64,000 nt of DNA from an uncultured Bacteroidia bacterium (GCA_902800045.1 CADCCZ010000007.1:22237-86236); one strand, 5' to 3'; counted from the first letter of the stretch, positions 49,227 to 60,906 are shown. A program made the numbers and translations. Notes: generated by a model from the letters alone, not told the origin.

Positions 49227-50975
49227 ATGAAGAATGTAACCATTTATACCATTGCATTTCTGCTCATTTCAGCATCTTGCTTTTCGCAACTCACTCCCTT
49301 AAAAATCACCAAGAACGCCAATCGATTTCATTACGAAGTTTACGATTATGGTACATCTATCGATACTTCGGTTTTGGAGATTGTATTACAAAAATCTGTA
49401 TACCAAATTATTACGGAAGAGAAGGAAGGCAATTTCGTGCCAGGTTACGCCAGAACTACAACATTCGTAAACCTTGACCTCGACAGTACTTTTTCGCGTG
49501 CTACATTTTCGGACAACGAACTCTACGAGGTGGCATCCAAATTTAGCCGTGCCGATATTGACTACGACACTACAACTGTCAATGGATTAACCGTTTACAC
49601 TTGCAACATCAATAGCAACAAGTTTGAATTCTTTGTGCAGGACTACCCCTTTGACTTGAACCCCACTCCGTATTATGGGCGCTTCAAGGGTGTAGTTGTG
49701 GCGTTCCGTCGTAACGGACAGACATATTTACAACTGACAGAAACTTCTTTCGATAAGAATGTTGGCAAAATAATGTCAGATGATGCTAATTATAAGCGTG
49801 TTACTTCGCGTCAGCTATCTCAACTAAAAAAGGACAAGCTTGTAATCACCACTCGCATTTTCGACGATGTGCAGCTTAGCTGGGGAAAGAAAAATGATCA
49901 TATCGACGGCGACTATCGCACTAATCTGCCTTTCGACAGCGTGTTGCATTATGCTGGCGGAACGCTTGCACTCAAGCGCATTCGTCTGCCCGAACTGCCA
50001 AGCCACTACCAGACTTTCATCGAACTGCACCAGCGTAGCAACGGCGATGCCTACGACCGCACAGGCAGCGTATTTGTAATTCCTGGAGCAGGGCAGGGGC
50101 TGTGCCCAAATTTCTTCGACGGCATCAACAACCATCCCGATTCACTACCGATATTCATTGGCAAGGACGGTCAGACTTATCAAGGCATAATGCCTGCGGT
50201 AAGCAGTCTCGAACAATATAAGATTTCGTCGATGATGTATGCTCCGCCTGTCGAACTGATGCGTTTCTTCACTCCTTTCGGTGTCGGACATTTCAACGAC
50301 CGCGTACAGATTGACGGTCTCGAGTGGGCCGACGAAACCTATTACAAGCAGGATGTTACCGACCTTGCTTCGTTGCTTCGTGGCGAAGTGTGGATAGGAG
50401 TGTGGATTGGCAACTACGACGGTGGCGGTCATAAGGTTACGCTCGACTTAAAATCTTATCCCGAAAGCGAATTCTGGGACGATGAAACCGATGGCAGTAG
50501 GTGCATACCGCTGTTCAACACCTGCAATGTGCTCGAGATGGCTGGTCAAAATTACGGTAAACTCTTTGCTACCGACAGTCTTACCGTTGAGGTTTACATT
50601 CCCGAAGCCGAAAGTGTTCGTCTGCGCTATATCAGTACCGGCCACGGCGGATGGGAGGGAGGCGACGAGTTCAATCCCAAGGCTAACACAATCTTAATTG
50701 ACGGAAAACCAACATTTACGCATACGCCATGGCGTGAGGATTGTGGTTGCTACCGTAGGTTCAATCCTGTAAGCGGAAACTTCTGGAATGGTCTGTCGAG
50801 CAGCGACTATTCGCGAAGCGGATGGTGTCCGGGAACTGCAACTCAACCTGTTTATTTCGACCTAAGCCATTTGTCAGCAGGTAAGCACACAATTACCGTT
50901 GCCATTCCGATGGGCGAACCGCAGGCAGGAAGTTTCAGCCATTGGGCGGTAAGTGGAGTGCTGATAGTAGAATAG
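49227..50975 (+). CDS. Secreted protein with a peptide-N-glycosidase F-like C-terminal domain
   Basis: Signal peptide MKNVTIYTIAFLLISASCFSQ. The C-terminus ISTGHGGWEGGDEF..IDGKP..WREDCG....NP..G......SRSGWCPG resembles the PNGase F C-terminal domain. Confidence 0.6.
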   Translation: MKNVTIYTIAFLLISASCFSQLTPLKITKNANRFHYEVYDYGTSIDTSVLEIVLQKSVYQIITEEKEGNFVPGYARTTTFVNLDLDSTFSRATFSDNELYEVASKFSRADIDYDTTTVNGLTVYTCNINSNKFEFFVQDYPFDLNPTPYYGRFKGVVVAFRRNGQTYLQLTETSFDKNVGKIMSDDANYKRVTSRQLSQLKKDKLVITTRIFDDVQLSWGKKNDHIDGDYRTNLPFDSVLHYAGGTLALKRIRLPELPSHYQTFIELHQRSNGDAYDRTGSVFVIPGAGQGLCPNFFDGINNHPDSLPIFIGKDGQTYQGIMPAVSSLEQYKISSMMYAPPVELMRFFTPFGVGHFNDRVQIDGLEWADETYYKQDVTDLASLLRGEVWIGVWIGNYDGGGHKVTLDLKSYPESEFWDDETDGSRCIPLFNTCNVLEMAGQNYGKLFATDSLTVEVYIPEAESVRLRYISTGHGGWEGGDEFNPKANTILIDGKPTFTHTPWREDCGCYRRFNPVSGNFWNGLSSSDYSRSGWCPGTATQPVYFDLSHLSAGKHTITVAIPMGEPQAGSFSHWAVSGVLIVE

Positions 50976-50981
50976 ATTTTG

Positions 50982-50989
50982 TAAATTTG
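50982..50989 (+). promoter_or_regulatory. -7 box TAaaTTTG for the GH97 gene
   Basis: taaatttg lies 34 nt upstream of ATG 51024. Confidence 0.45.
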
Positions 50990-51020
50990 CAACCGAACAA
51001 AAAACAACTCTAATTTTTAA

Positions 51021-53312
<2,292 letters not shown>

Positions 53313-53318
53313 AGTGAT

Positions 53319-54107
53319 ATGAAATTAACAGATAGTGATATGCGTTCAGCCATTCTTTCACATCTGGAAGATATTGAACGACAGTACGATGTTCGAGTTT
53401 TGCTCGCTTTAGAGTCGGGAAGCAGGGCTAGGGGACTTTTTTCCGACGAGAGCGACTGGGATGTGCGTTTTGTCTATGTAAACAAGCTCGACTGGTACCT
53501 GAATGTGAACGAAGGCCGCGATGTGATTGAAGAAATGTTCGACGATAACATTGATATGGTCGGCTGGGAATTGCGCAAGACTTTGCGTCTGTTTCAGAAG
53601 TCAAACCCATCGCTGATGGAATGGCTTCATTCGCCTGTCATCTATCGTGCCGATGAGGAATTTTTGTCGCGGATGAGAGCTATGGAACCTGTATATTTCA
53701 ATCCCATCAAGACAATGTATCACTATGAGAGCCTTTATATTAAACACGACAAGCGCTATTTGCAGGACTCAGCCAATCCGCTAAAGCGCTTCCTGCATTA
53801 TCTGCGCGGAATATTGTCGTGCCGTTGGCTCGAACAGCATAAAACTATGCCACCAGTGCTTTTTGAAGAATTGGTGCAAGCAACTGTAGATGATGTCGTT
53901 ATTCGCCAGAAAATTGAAAACCTGATTGCACTCAAAAGGCAAAGCAAGGAAAACGATAACAAGGAAGTTGATGCAGAACTTGTTGACTATGCTCGCGGTC
54001 TGGCCGAACATTTCGAGCAGACTATTCCAGATTTTCGTCCCGAATTAAATTACGCAGGCGATTCGTCGGACTTGGACGGATTGTTGAAGGAGATGGTGAT
54101 GAGATAA
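53319..54107 (+). CDS. Pol-beta-superfamily nucleotidyltransferase domain protein
   Basis: 262 aa with ESGSRARG (the G-S motif) and DWDVRFVY (the acidic pair). It resembles the 'predicted nucleotidyltransferase' family with a helical C-terminal half. Confidence 0.6.
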   Translation: MKLTDSDMRSAILSHLEDIERQYDVRVLLALESGSRARGLFSDESDWDVRFVYVNKLDWYLNVNEGRDVIEEMFDDNIDMVGWELRKTLRLFQKSNPSLMEWLHSPVIYRADEEFLSRMRAMEPVYFNPIKTMYHYESLYIKHDKRYLQDSANPLKRFLHYLRGILSCRWLEQHKTMPPVLFEELVQATVDDVVIRQKIENLIALKRQSKENDNKEVDAELVDYARGLAEHFEQTIPDFRPELNYAGDSSDLDGLLKEMVMR

Positions 54108-54120
54108 AAGAGAAATAAAT

Positions 54121-54738
54121 ATGAAAACCGAAATTAATCCTCAGGAAACCAAGCGGGCTTACGCTTTCGAGATGTGGCTGAACGCCCCCATGCCGATGGT
54201 GACATTGGTGAAAACAATGAATGTAAGTCGATTGCTGAAACTTAGCAAAAAGACTGGTGTAAAGTTCAATACGCTGATGTGCTGGGCTATTGGCAAGGCG
54301 GCGATGGAGACAGAGGAATTGTTTTTGTTGCCCGAAAACGGAAAACTATTCCGTTACGACAGCATTGCCATAAATGTGGTTGTGAGGAACAGCAAGGGTG
54401 GCATCAACTCCTGCGATGTTCCGTTTTCGGATGATTTGCAGCAATTCAACCGCGATTACTTGGAATTGACAACCAAGGTGGCTAAGGAATGCAAGAGCAG
54501 TTTCCTCGACGGCTACATGATTGTCGGTACTTCGGCCATGATACAGACCGAACTCGATTGCGTTGTCAACCAATATACCGACAAGTTCCTCAACCCGATG
54601 GTGATGTGGGGCAAATACCGTAAGTGCTGGTTCAAAACTACTTTACCCGTATCTTTCCAGTTTCACCATGTGCAGATGGATGGGGGAGATGGAGCGAGAT
54701 TTTTGGAAAAATTACAATTGAAAATTAGAACAATATGA
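54121..54738 (+). CDS. CatA-like (chloramphenicol-acetyltransferase fold) O-acetyltransferase
   Basis: 205 aa. The C-terminal catalytic region LPVSFQFHHVQMDGGDGARFLEKLQ parallels the CAT HHAVCDG motif. Confidence 0.65.
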   Translation: MKTEINPQETKRAYAFEMWLNAPMPMVTLVKTMNVSRLLKLSKKTGVKFNTLMCWAIGKAAMETEELFLLPENGKLFRYDSIAINVVVRNSKGGINSCDVPFSDDLQQFNRDYLELTTKVAKECKSSFLDGYMIVGTSAMIQTELDCVVNQYTDKFLNPMVMWGKYRKCWFKTTLPVSFQFHHVQMDGGDGARFLEKLQLKIRTI

Positions 54739-55271
54739 CAAAGGGATTGAAAAAATTAATGCCGATTTTCGCAGTGGCGATACTTATTTTCGCTGTTACT
54801 TCATGTAAAAACGAACCCAAGGTCGAAGGTCACTACACTTATCAGCATGGCTGGAACTACGACATCGATGAGGAAAATATTGATGTCCACGAAACTGGCA
54901 CCATGGATTTCTACGCCGACAGCACGGCTCTCGACTCCGCCCGTCAGGTTTACAAGGTGACTTTTAACGACGGAGGAAAGGCAACTTGGGTGTTCAACTA
55001 TGTAAGTCCGAGCCTCTGGCGCGTGGATGGCGAAGATTTCTATTTTGCTGGCGTTGAAGAAACTTTCCGTATGGAACTTGTAGAAAGCACTTGCGAGGAT
55101 TGCAACGAAGAACTATCCAAGAAGCTTGCACAAAAGATAGTCGAAGGCGTTCGTGGTGGAATAGCACGCGAAATAAAGTTTCATTTAGCCAGCCTGACGG
55201 AAAAGGAACTCGTATGGAGCTACACATACAATGACGGTCACACCGACAAATGGGAGTTTTATCGCGAATAA
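54735..55271 (+). CDS. Hypothetical lipoprotein
   Basis: 178 aa with lipobox LIFAVTSC. It overlaps the upstream gene by 4 nt. Confidence 0.5.
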   Translation: MTKGLKKLMPIFAVAILIFAVTSCKNEPKVEGHYTYQHGWNYDIDEENIDVHETGTMDFYADSTALDSARQVYKVTFNDGGKATWVFNYVSPSLWRVDGEDFYFAGVEETFRMELVESTCEDCNEELSKKLAQKIVEGVRGGIAREIKFHLASLTEKELVWSYTYNDGHTDKWEFYRE

Positions 55272-55273
55272 TT

Positions 55274-55798
55274 ATGGAAACCGAAAGAATAAAACTTCGT
55301 CCTTGGCGCGACAGCGATGCCGAAGCGCTTTTCAAATATGCCTCCGACCCCGATGTAGGTCCGCGTGCAGGCTGGCCGCCGCACAAAAGCGTCGAAGAAA
55401 GCCTTGAAATCATCCGCACTGTGTTCAACGATGCTACAAATACCTGGGCTATCGAACTAAAAGCTACTGGCGAAGCCATCGGTGCAATGGGCTATGGACC
55501 TTCGTGCCAATGCAATCTGCCAGCACGCGACGGCGAACCGCTTATAGGCTACTGGGTGGGAAAACCATACTGGAACCAAGGTATTTGTACCGAAGCACTA
55601 CGGCTTATGCTCGACCACATTCGTCAAACAACTGATATCAAGTCGCTTATAAGCGGACATTTTGTCGATAATCCTGCTTCGGGCCGCGTGATGGAAAAGT
55701 GCGGTTTCGTGCCGACAGGTGAAACATGCATCGACGAGAACCAGTATCAAGGCAAAGACAAGCCGATTCGGGTGCTGAGGTTGGAATTGAAAAAATAA
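55274..55798 (+). CDS. GNAT family N-acetyltransferase (RimJ/RimL-like)
   Basis: It starts at METERIKLRPWRDSDAEALF. The IGYWVGKPYWNQGICTEA and GRVMEKCGF motifs are present. The track start at 55250 overlaps the upstream gene. Confidence 0.75.
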   Translation: METERIKLRPWRDSDAEALFKYASDPDVGPRAGWPPHKSVEESLEIIRTVFNDATNTWAIELKATGEAIGAMGYGPSCQCNLPARDGEPLIGYWVGKPYWNQGICTEALRLMLDHIRQTTDIKSLISGHFVDNPASGRVMEKCGFVPTGETCIDENQYQGKDKPIRVLRLELKK

Positions 55799-55800
55799 CA

Positions 55801-56250
55801 ATGATTATGAAGGTTCGGCTTTTAGCTCTGTTATTTGCATTTTCCCTTTGTTGTGTTCTGCAAACATCCTGCACAACCAGCAGCAACCTTGCTGATAATA
55901 GCAAAGTTAAAACTCAATCTGACAAAATCTGGACTTATAGCCAAAGTCATCCCGATGGTTTTACGCTCGACATTCGCACCATGACAGAGTCAACCGAAGG
56001 CATTGCCGTAGCGTATTCAGCCACGCAAGGAAGTCACTCTCGCAAAAAGCTTAATCGGGTTGTCAGGCACGCTATGCATCATGATGGCTATGTAGGTGGC
56101 TGGCTCGATACTGCCGACAGCCTTTACTATTTCGATAGTACAAGGCTTTTCCCCGAAGATTCGCTAGATGCAGCTATAAAGTTCGGAGCAAAAAACAAGC
56201 AGAAGGCGATATATAGCATAAAAGAGGGGAAAGAAATCAAGTTAAAATAA
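55801..56250 (+). CDS. Hypothetical lipoprotein
   Basis: MIMKVRLLALLFAFSLCCVLQTSC carries a lipobox. ATG 55801 is 2 nt after the GNAT stop. The track start at 55726 is an overlap artefact. Confidence 0.5.
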   Translation: MIMKVRLLALLFAFSLCCVLQTSCTTSSNLADNSKVKTQSDKIWTYSQSHPDGFTLDIRTMTESTEGIAVAYSATQGSHSRKKLNRVVRHAMHHDGYVGGWLDTADSLYYFDSTRLFPEDSLDAAIKFGAKNKQKAIYSIKEGKEIKLK

Positions 56251-56391
56251 TTGACATTTTTTTATTTGCACTAAGTGTTGTTTTGCCATTTTGTCCAGTC
56301 TCTTTTGGAGATGCTAATAATAGGCCTTAATCCTTGACAAAACGTGCGGTAACATGCCTTAAGTCAACGACATTACAAAAACAAATTAAGC

Positions 56392-56418
56392 AGCATTGCA
56401 GAAAAGCAATGCTTTTTG
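56392..56418 (+). terminator. Rho-independent terminator about 140 nt after the lipoprotein gene
   Basis: AGCATTGC-agaaaa-GCAATGCT followed by TTTTT. Confidence 0.65.
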
Positions 56419-56441
56419 CTTGCACATTAAAATTCTTTTTG

Positions 56442-56449
56442 TATGTTTG
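56442..56449 (+). promoter_or_regulatory. -7 box TAtgTTTG
   Basis: tatgtttg overlaps the track start at 56443 and lies 23 nt upstream of ATG 56473. Confidence 0.45.
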
Positions 56450-56472
56450 CACCTAACAAAAAAATATTAAAA

Positions 56473-57492
56473 ATGTACAGAAAATCAATTTTCAAGGTGT
56501 TAGTGGCGTTGATGGTCATCATTCTTGGTGCAAATTTCAACGCAGAGGCGCAGTCGGGCAGTCTGTCAATACCCAAGCCCGATGCAAACGGTCAGATTGT
56601 AACATTCAACAGAGATGGCAAAGAAGTTGGCAAGTGGAATCCCGCCACGCTCGAATTTACAATGAACGATGGTGCAGTCTATAAACTCGATGCGAACACA
56701 GGTAAATTTACCGACAGCCAAGGTTCGCTGAAAGGCTCTATTAGTGCAGACGGTACTGTCGAAGCACCCAACTTTGGCACCATTCAAGTTAAACAAGATG
56801 GTACAAACTTTTTCTACGTATGGCGCAACGAAGAGAAATTGGGAGCCGTGCTTGGTGCAATTGGAGAAGTCTATTACAGAGACCGCCGCTTAGGCGACAA
56901 TGGTTCTGTCACCGATAAAACCATAAGTCCTCTACTGATAGCATACGCGTACTTCGGCTTAGTGTTCACACAAGATGATTTCGATAAAAAAGCCCAAAAG
57001 TCAGAAGAGATAAAGAAATCACAGCCCAATATACAGGCTCCTACATATACAAAGCTTCCATCCTCCTCCTCATCATCTTCTTCATCATCAACCGACCCAA
57101 AAGATAAGAAAATCAGTGTTGAGAAAGGTTCTCACGATGTAGGCTACGTTGACGGCCACGGCAACGTTTACGACCGTTACGAGAACAAAATCGGCAAACT
57201 TCCCGAGGGGAATGGCGACATTCTAGATGCTTCGGGCCGCAAAATCGGTGAAATATGGAGCGGTGAAATCAAACAAGGCAGCACAGTTGTCTGCAAAGTA
57301 GAGCGCAACACCCTTTACACGAAATCGAGGAAATCGAGCAGTTACATTATTATGGGCGACTGCGACGGTGATCGTGTTACTTGCCGCAATAACCGCGACG
57401 AAGACCAAAACTCGTTTAATGAAATCGGCAGATGTTACAGCAATCATCCTGAATGGAACGCAGCATTAATCTTCTGCGACTTCTTCTTCTAA
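56473..57492 (+). CDS. Hypothetical secreted protein with a poly-Ser linker and G-x-(V/I)-x-D-x-x-G-type repeats
   Basis: Signal peptide MYRKSIFKVLVALMVIILGANFNAEAQ. It has a run of 9 Ser and repeats such as GYVDGHGNVYDRYENKIGKL and GDILDASGRKIGEIW. Confidence 0.5.
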   Translation: MYRKSIFKVLVALMVIILGANFNAEAQSGSLSIPKPDANGQIVTFNRDGKEVGKWNPATLEFTMNDGAVYKLDANTGKFTDSQGSLKGSISADGTVEAPNFGTIQVKQDGTNFFYVWRNEEKLGAVLGAIGEVYYRDRRLGDNGSVTDKTISPLLIAYAYFGLVFTQDDFDKKAQKSEEIKKSQPNIQAPTYTKLPSSSSSSSSSSTDPKDKKISVEKGSHDVGYVDGHGNVYDRYENKIGKLPEGNGDILDASGRKIGEIWSGEIKQGSTVVCKVERNTLYTKSRKSSSYIIMGDCDGDRVTCRNNRDEDQNSFNEIGRCYSNHPEWNAALIFCDFFF

Positions 57493-57549
57493 AAATTCCT
57501 ATTCTCAGCACAATTTGCACATTTTTTTGAATAGGAGTTGACACAAATT

Positions 57550-57596
57550 TTCCGCCGCGATTGAGAATTGCTTTCTTTATCGCGGCGGAATGTATT
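57550..57596. terminator. Bidirectional terminator between convergent genes
   Basis: 12-bp stem TTCCGCCGCGAT/ATCGCGGCGGAA (57550-61 and 57579-90) followed by a T-rich tail. Confidence 0.65.
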
Positions 57597-57624
57597 TTAT
57601 AAAGTCAAATCCGAAAATCGAATA

Positions 57625-58881
57625 CTAATACCTCTCCACAAAATCCCTTACCAATCTGAAAATTGGCTCGTAGGTTTCGAACTTCATGGTCTCGTAGGTG
57701 TCGAATACCGTGTGGTAATACTTGAAGGCATCGCCTTCCTCGTTTTCGAACAATATGCACGGAACATTATGTTCGGCAAACGAATAGTGGTCGCTGTTGC
57801 CAGCAAGTTCGCCACGATTCAAGCCCTTGAAGTATTGCTTTTCGCCATTGATTTGCTCAAACAGGGCAAATCCACGGTCTGAATTGGTTTCGACATACTG
57901 CACGGGATTGTTGTCGCCAATCATGTCGAGGTTGAAGACAAACTTTATTTGTTCCAGCGGTACACTGGGATGACTTACATACCATTCCGAACCGTGCAGA
58001 CCCGATTCCTCTGCAGCAAAAGCGACGAAATACATGTCGTATTCGGGACGGTTCTTTGAGTAATATGCGGCAAGTGTAACAATGGCGGCTGTGCCTGAGG
58101 CATTGTCGTTGGCACCTGCGTAGTAAACCTTTTTGCCGAGGTTGCCCAGATGGTCGTAGTGGGCAGTGAAGACGAAGCAACTGTCGTGCTTGCGACCTTC
58201 AACCTTTGCAACGACATTGAAGCATTCGTAATCCTTCAGGAAAGTGTTGTCGATGTTGGCGGTGATGGTCTTGGCATCCTTCGGGAAATCCGATGTTGCC
58301 CAAATGATAGGCTTGTCAATCACCTTTTCGCCGTATGCCTTGTAGAATTTAAGTATCGGAGGCCATGTCTGTATCAAACCGGCATTTGTGCAAGCACCTG
58401 GAATTTGCAGGTTCCTAAAATCCTTGTTGTGCTTGTATGAGAAAAAGAAGTCGCAAACAACGAAACAATCCTTGTTTTCGGGTTTTGCAAGGTCACTGTA
58501 CATCTTTTCGGCATCGAAATTGGTGGTATCGACAAAGTAAAGATTGTATGTGCCGTGTACGCCCGGTGAGTACTCGCGCATTACAAAATCAACGCCCGGA
58601 GTTTGCTTGCGACCATCAACCGACAATTCCATATTTCCAACGTAGGTGTTTATGTCCAACTTGAACGGCTGGCAAACTACTTCGTCGGCACCAGCTTTGG
58701 CGAACTCCTTTTCCAGAAATTTTCCTGCCTTGTTCGAACCGCCTTTCGCATATCCGCGTCCTTGGTATTTTGCAGAAGTTAATTCCTTGATAATCTGCTT
58801 GTAATAAGTCATATCCTGTGCTTGCAAGAATGAAATTCCAACAAAAGCACAGACCCACCATAAAATAATCAACCTTTTCAT
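57625..58881 (-). CDS. M28 family metallopeptidase (aminopeptidase)
   Basis: 418 aa with a signal peptide and the motifs FTAHYDHLG, GANDNASGTAAIV, FAAEESGLHGS and GNSDHYSF. Confidence 0.8.
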   Translation of the reverse strand: MKRLIILWWVCAFVGISFLQAQDMTYYKQIIKELTSAKYQGRGYAKGGSNKAGKFLEKEFAKAGADEVVCQPFKLDINTYVGNMELSVDGRKQTPGVDFVMREYSPGVHGTYNLYFVDTTNFDAEKMYSDLAKPENKDCFVVCDFFFSYKHNKDFRNLQIPGACTNAGLIQTWPPILKFYKAYGEKVIDKPIIWATSDFPKDAKTITANIDNTFLKDYECFNVVAKVEGRKHDSCFVFTAHYDHLGNLGKKVYYAGANDNASGTAAIVTLAAYYSKNRPEYDMYFVAFAAEESGLHGSEWYVSHPSVPLEQIKFVFNLDMIGDNNPVQYVETNSDRGFALFEQINGEKQYFKGLNRGELAGNSDHYSFAEHNVPCILFENEEGDAFKYYHTVFDTYETMKFETYEPIFRLVRDFVERY

Positions 58882-58906
58882 CTTTTTAAAATTTTGAATT
58901 CAAAAG

Positions 58907-58914
58907 CAAAGATA
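58907..58914 (-). promoter_or_regulatory. -7 box (TAtcTTTG on minus strand) for the M28 peptidase gene
   Basis: Plus-strand caaagata lies 25 nt upstream of ATG 58881. Confidence 0.45.
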
Positions 58915-59113
58915 TAATGGATAAATTGATTTTGACCTTAATATTAAGTTAATGTAAAGTGACAGAATCACTAAAAAGGGTAGTGCAACTACAAATATTT
59001 TCTGTCTTACATCAAAAATATTCCCCCTCCTGAGCTTTAGGGTTGCGTCTTTTTTTGTGTAATATTGCATCGCAAATCAATAGAATATTTAATCTATTGC
59101 TAAATCAGAAACA

Positions 59114-59143
59114 ACAAAAAAGCAACTGTATTGAGCAGTTGCT
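59114..59143 (-). terminator. Rho-independent terminator of the sigma / anti-sigma / DUF4252 operon
   Basis: AGCAACTG-tattgag-CAGTTGCT. The plus-strand A-run upstream becomes a U-run on the minus-strand transcript. Confidence 0.7.
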
Positions 59144-59169
59144 TTCGTAAGTAAGTAAATTTTAAGATT

Positions 59170-59628
59170 TTAATCCCCTTCGCCATTAAGCATTTCATAT
59201 ACTTCTTTTGAGGAGAAACTTCCTGCACAAACGAGAATCGAGCTTTCCTCCTTTTCCTGTGTGGCTATTATTAGTTCATGCGGATTGCGTTTGTCGGTAA
59301 AGATAAAAACAACACTTTCGCCACCATCGCGTGCGGTCATGAGTATTTCGTAGTTTTTGTCATTGCTTAAAACTTCTATGTCCTTGTCTATTTGACTCTT
59401 GCCCTTTGCTGTGTTCGAATTGATGATAAGCATTTTTTCTATGCCTACGAGGTTGCCGAGTTCTGAGTCCAAGGCAGACAAGGCAGAGTTTGCCAGGTTA
59501 AACATTGCTTTGTTTATGCAAACGAAATCCACATCTTCCATTTTGGCGTACTTTTCGAAAATCTTGTTTTGTGCCATTGCTGCAAATGCGCAGGCAATAA
59601 TTGCAATTGTTATTATTAATCGTTTCAT
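59170..59628 (-). CDS. DUF4252 domain protein
   Basis: 152 aa. A signal peptide is followed by NKIFEKYAKMEDVDFVCINKAMFNLA, as in DUF4252. It sits in the usual position downstream of an ECF sigma/anti-sigma pair. Confidence 0.6.
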   Translation of the reverse strand: MKRLIITIAIIACAFAAMAQNKIFEKYAKMEDVDFVCINKAMFNLANSALSALDSELGNLVGIEKMLIINSNTAKGKSQIDKDIEVLSNDKNYEILMTARDGGESVVFIFTDKRNPHELIIATQEKEESSILVCAGSFSSKEVYEMLNGEGD

Positions 59629-59640
59629 ATTCCTTGATTT

Positions 59641-60207
59641 TTAAAGTTTTGACTGATTTTTTATCTTGTTAATTTTTGAATTTGTCTTTTGAATGGCTTC
59701 TTGTGCAGGCTGCTTGCACATTTGTATAGAACGGGAGATTATGCTGTTTGCTCTCTCAATCTGCATTGTTGCTTCTTCAACGCTTGTGCAGGTGTCGCGG
59801 AATGGCGATTCATTAGATTCTTGATTTTGGAACTGCATTATGCAAACTCCGACTATTGCGATTACGGACACAGCAGCAGCTATCCGATACCAGATTGTTT
59901 TTGGCGGTTTTTCTTGTCGGAAGACATTGCTTTTAGGTTGTCGTGATGCTAGTTCTGGATTTTTCTCCGTTTCCGAATCATTGAGATTGCCGACAAAAGC
60001 ATTTATTTCTGTCGCAATATCGTCGGGTATTTGGGTGTCGGCGATTTCTGACATTGACAGAAACAGTTTTCGGTCGGCTTCAAGTTCGGCTGGAACATCG
60101 TCGGAACGGAAAAAGTCCATCAGTTTTTCTTCCTCTGCGGGTGTCGTTTTCCCATTGTAGAAGCGGATGAGTAGTGACTCGATATTTAATTTCGTTTCCA
60201 TAGTCAT
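59641..60207 (-). CDS. Putative anti-sigma factor (single TM)
   Basis: 188 aa with one central TM (WYRIAAAVSVIAIVGVCIM). It overlaps the sigma gene by 4 nt. Assigned by context. Confidence 0.45.
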   Translation of the reverse strand: MTMETKLNIESLLIRFYNGKTTPAEEEKLMDFFRSDDVPAELEADRKLFLSMSEIADTQIPDDIATEINAFVGNLNDSETEKNPELASRQPKSNVFRQEKPPKTIWYRIAAAVSVIAIVGVCIMQFQNQESNESPFRDTCTSVEEATMQIERANSIISRSIQMCKQPAQEAIQKTNSKINKIKNQSKL

Positions 60208-60686
60208 AATGATTTAAAATTGTCCCTTAATGTTTTTCTTGCCCTAGAAAGCAATGTGTATATATTCTCTCGGCTAAAATGCGTTATTTCTTCGATTTGC
60301 TGTATTTCGAGGCCGCCTATAGTGCGCAGACGAAGTACTTTTTGCTGGTCTTTCGGTAGCATACTTATCATTTTCATAACTTCGGTCAATGTGCTGCTGG
60401 CATTGATTGAATCTTCTGTTTTGTTGTCTAAAAGTATGTCTGCCAAATCGTTATTTTCTGTATGTTTGCGTTTCAGTTTGTCGAAGCAGTTGTTGCGAAC
60501 CATTGTCAGCACTAGTGGCAGTGGTGATTTGTCGCGGTCGATGCTGTTTCGTCGCTGCCACAATTCGGCATAAACATCCTGTACGCAGTCTCTTGCCTCG
60601 TCGCTGTTTCGCAATATGTTGTATGCGAGGGCGTACATTTTGCTGCTGAATGGTAAGTATATGTTCGAAAACTCTTCGTGTGACAT
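60204..60686 (-). CDS. ECF-type RNA polymerase sigma factor
   Basis: 160 aa. Region 2 reads DCVQDVYAELWQRR and region 4 reads LEIQQIEEITHFSRENIYTLLSRARKTL. Confidence 0.8.
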   Translation of the reverse strand: MSHEEFSNIYLPFSSKMYALAYNILRNSDEARDCVQDVYAELWQRRNSIDRDKSPLPLVLTMVRNNCFDKLKRKHTENNDLADILLDNKTEDSINASSTLTEVMKMISMLPKDQQKVLRLRTIGGLEIQQIEEITHFSRENIYTLLSRARKTLRDNFKSL

Positions 60687-60744
60687 TTTCTATTCGTTCT
60701 TAATCATCTTCCGTATGTGATACGATTGAAATCATAAAATCTTA

Positions 60745-60752
60745 CAAAATTA
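60745..60752 (-). promoter_or_regulatory. -7 box (TAatTTTG on minus strand) for the ECF sigma operon
   Basis: Plus-strand caaaatta lies 58 nt upstream of ATG 60686. Confidence 0.35.
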
Positions 60753-60874
60753 TATATTTTTTTCTTGTCTTTGCTAATGATAAAAAAATCAACTCGCTGT
60801 ATTGTTTTGATTTACAGCTATAAACAAAATCCATATCTCGGGCAAAATTTAAATTTCTGCCTTAATTTATTTTT

Positions 60875-60882
60875 TACCTTTG
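60875..60882 (+). promoter_or_regulatory. -7 box TAccTTTG for the carbonic anhydrase gene
   Basis: tacctttg lies 24 nt upstream of ATG 60907. Confidence 0.5.
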
Positions 60883-60906
60883 TAAATCATTATAAACAAA
60901 ACATAT

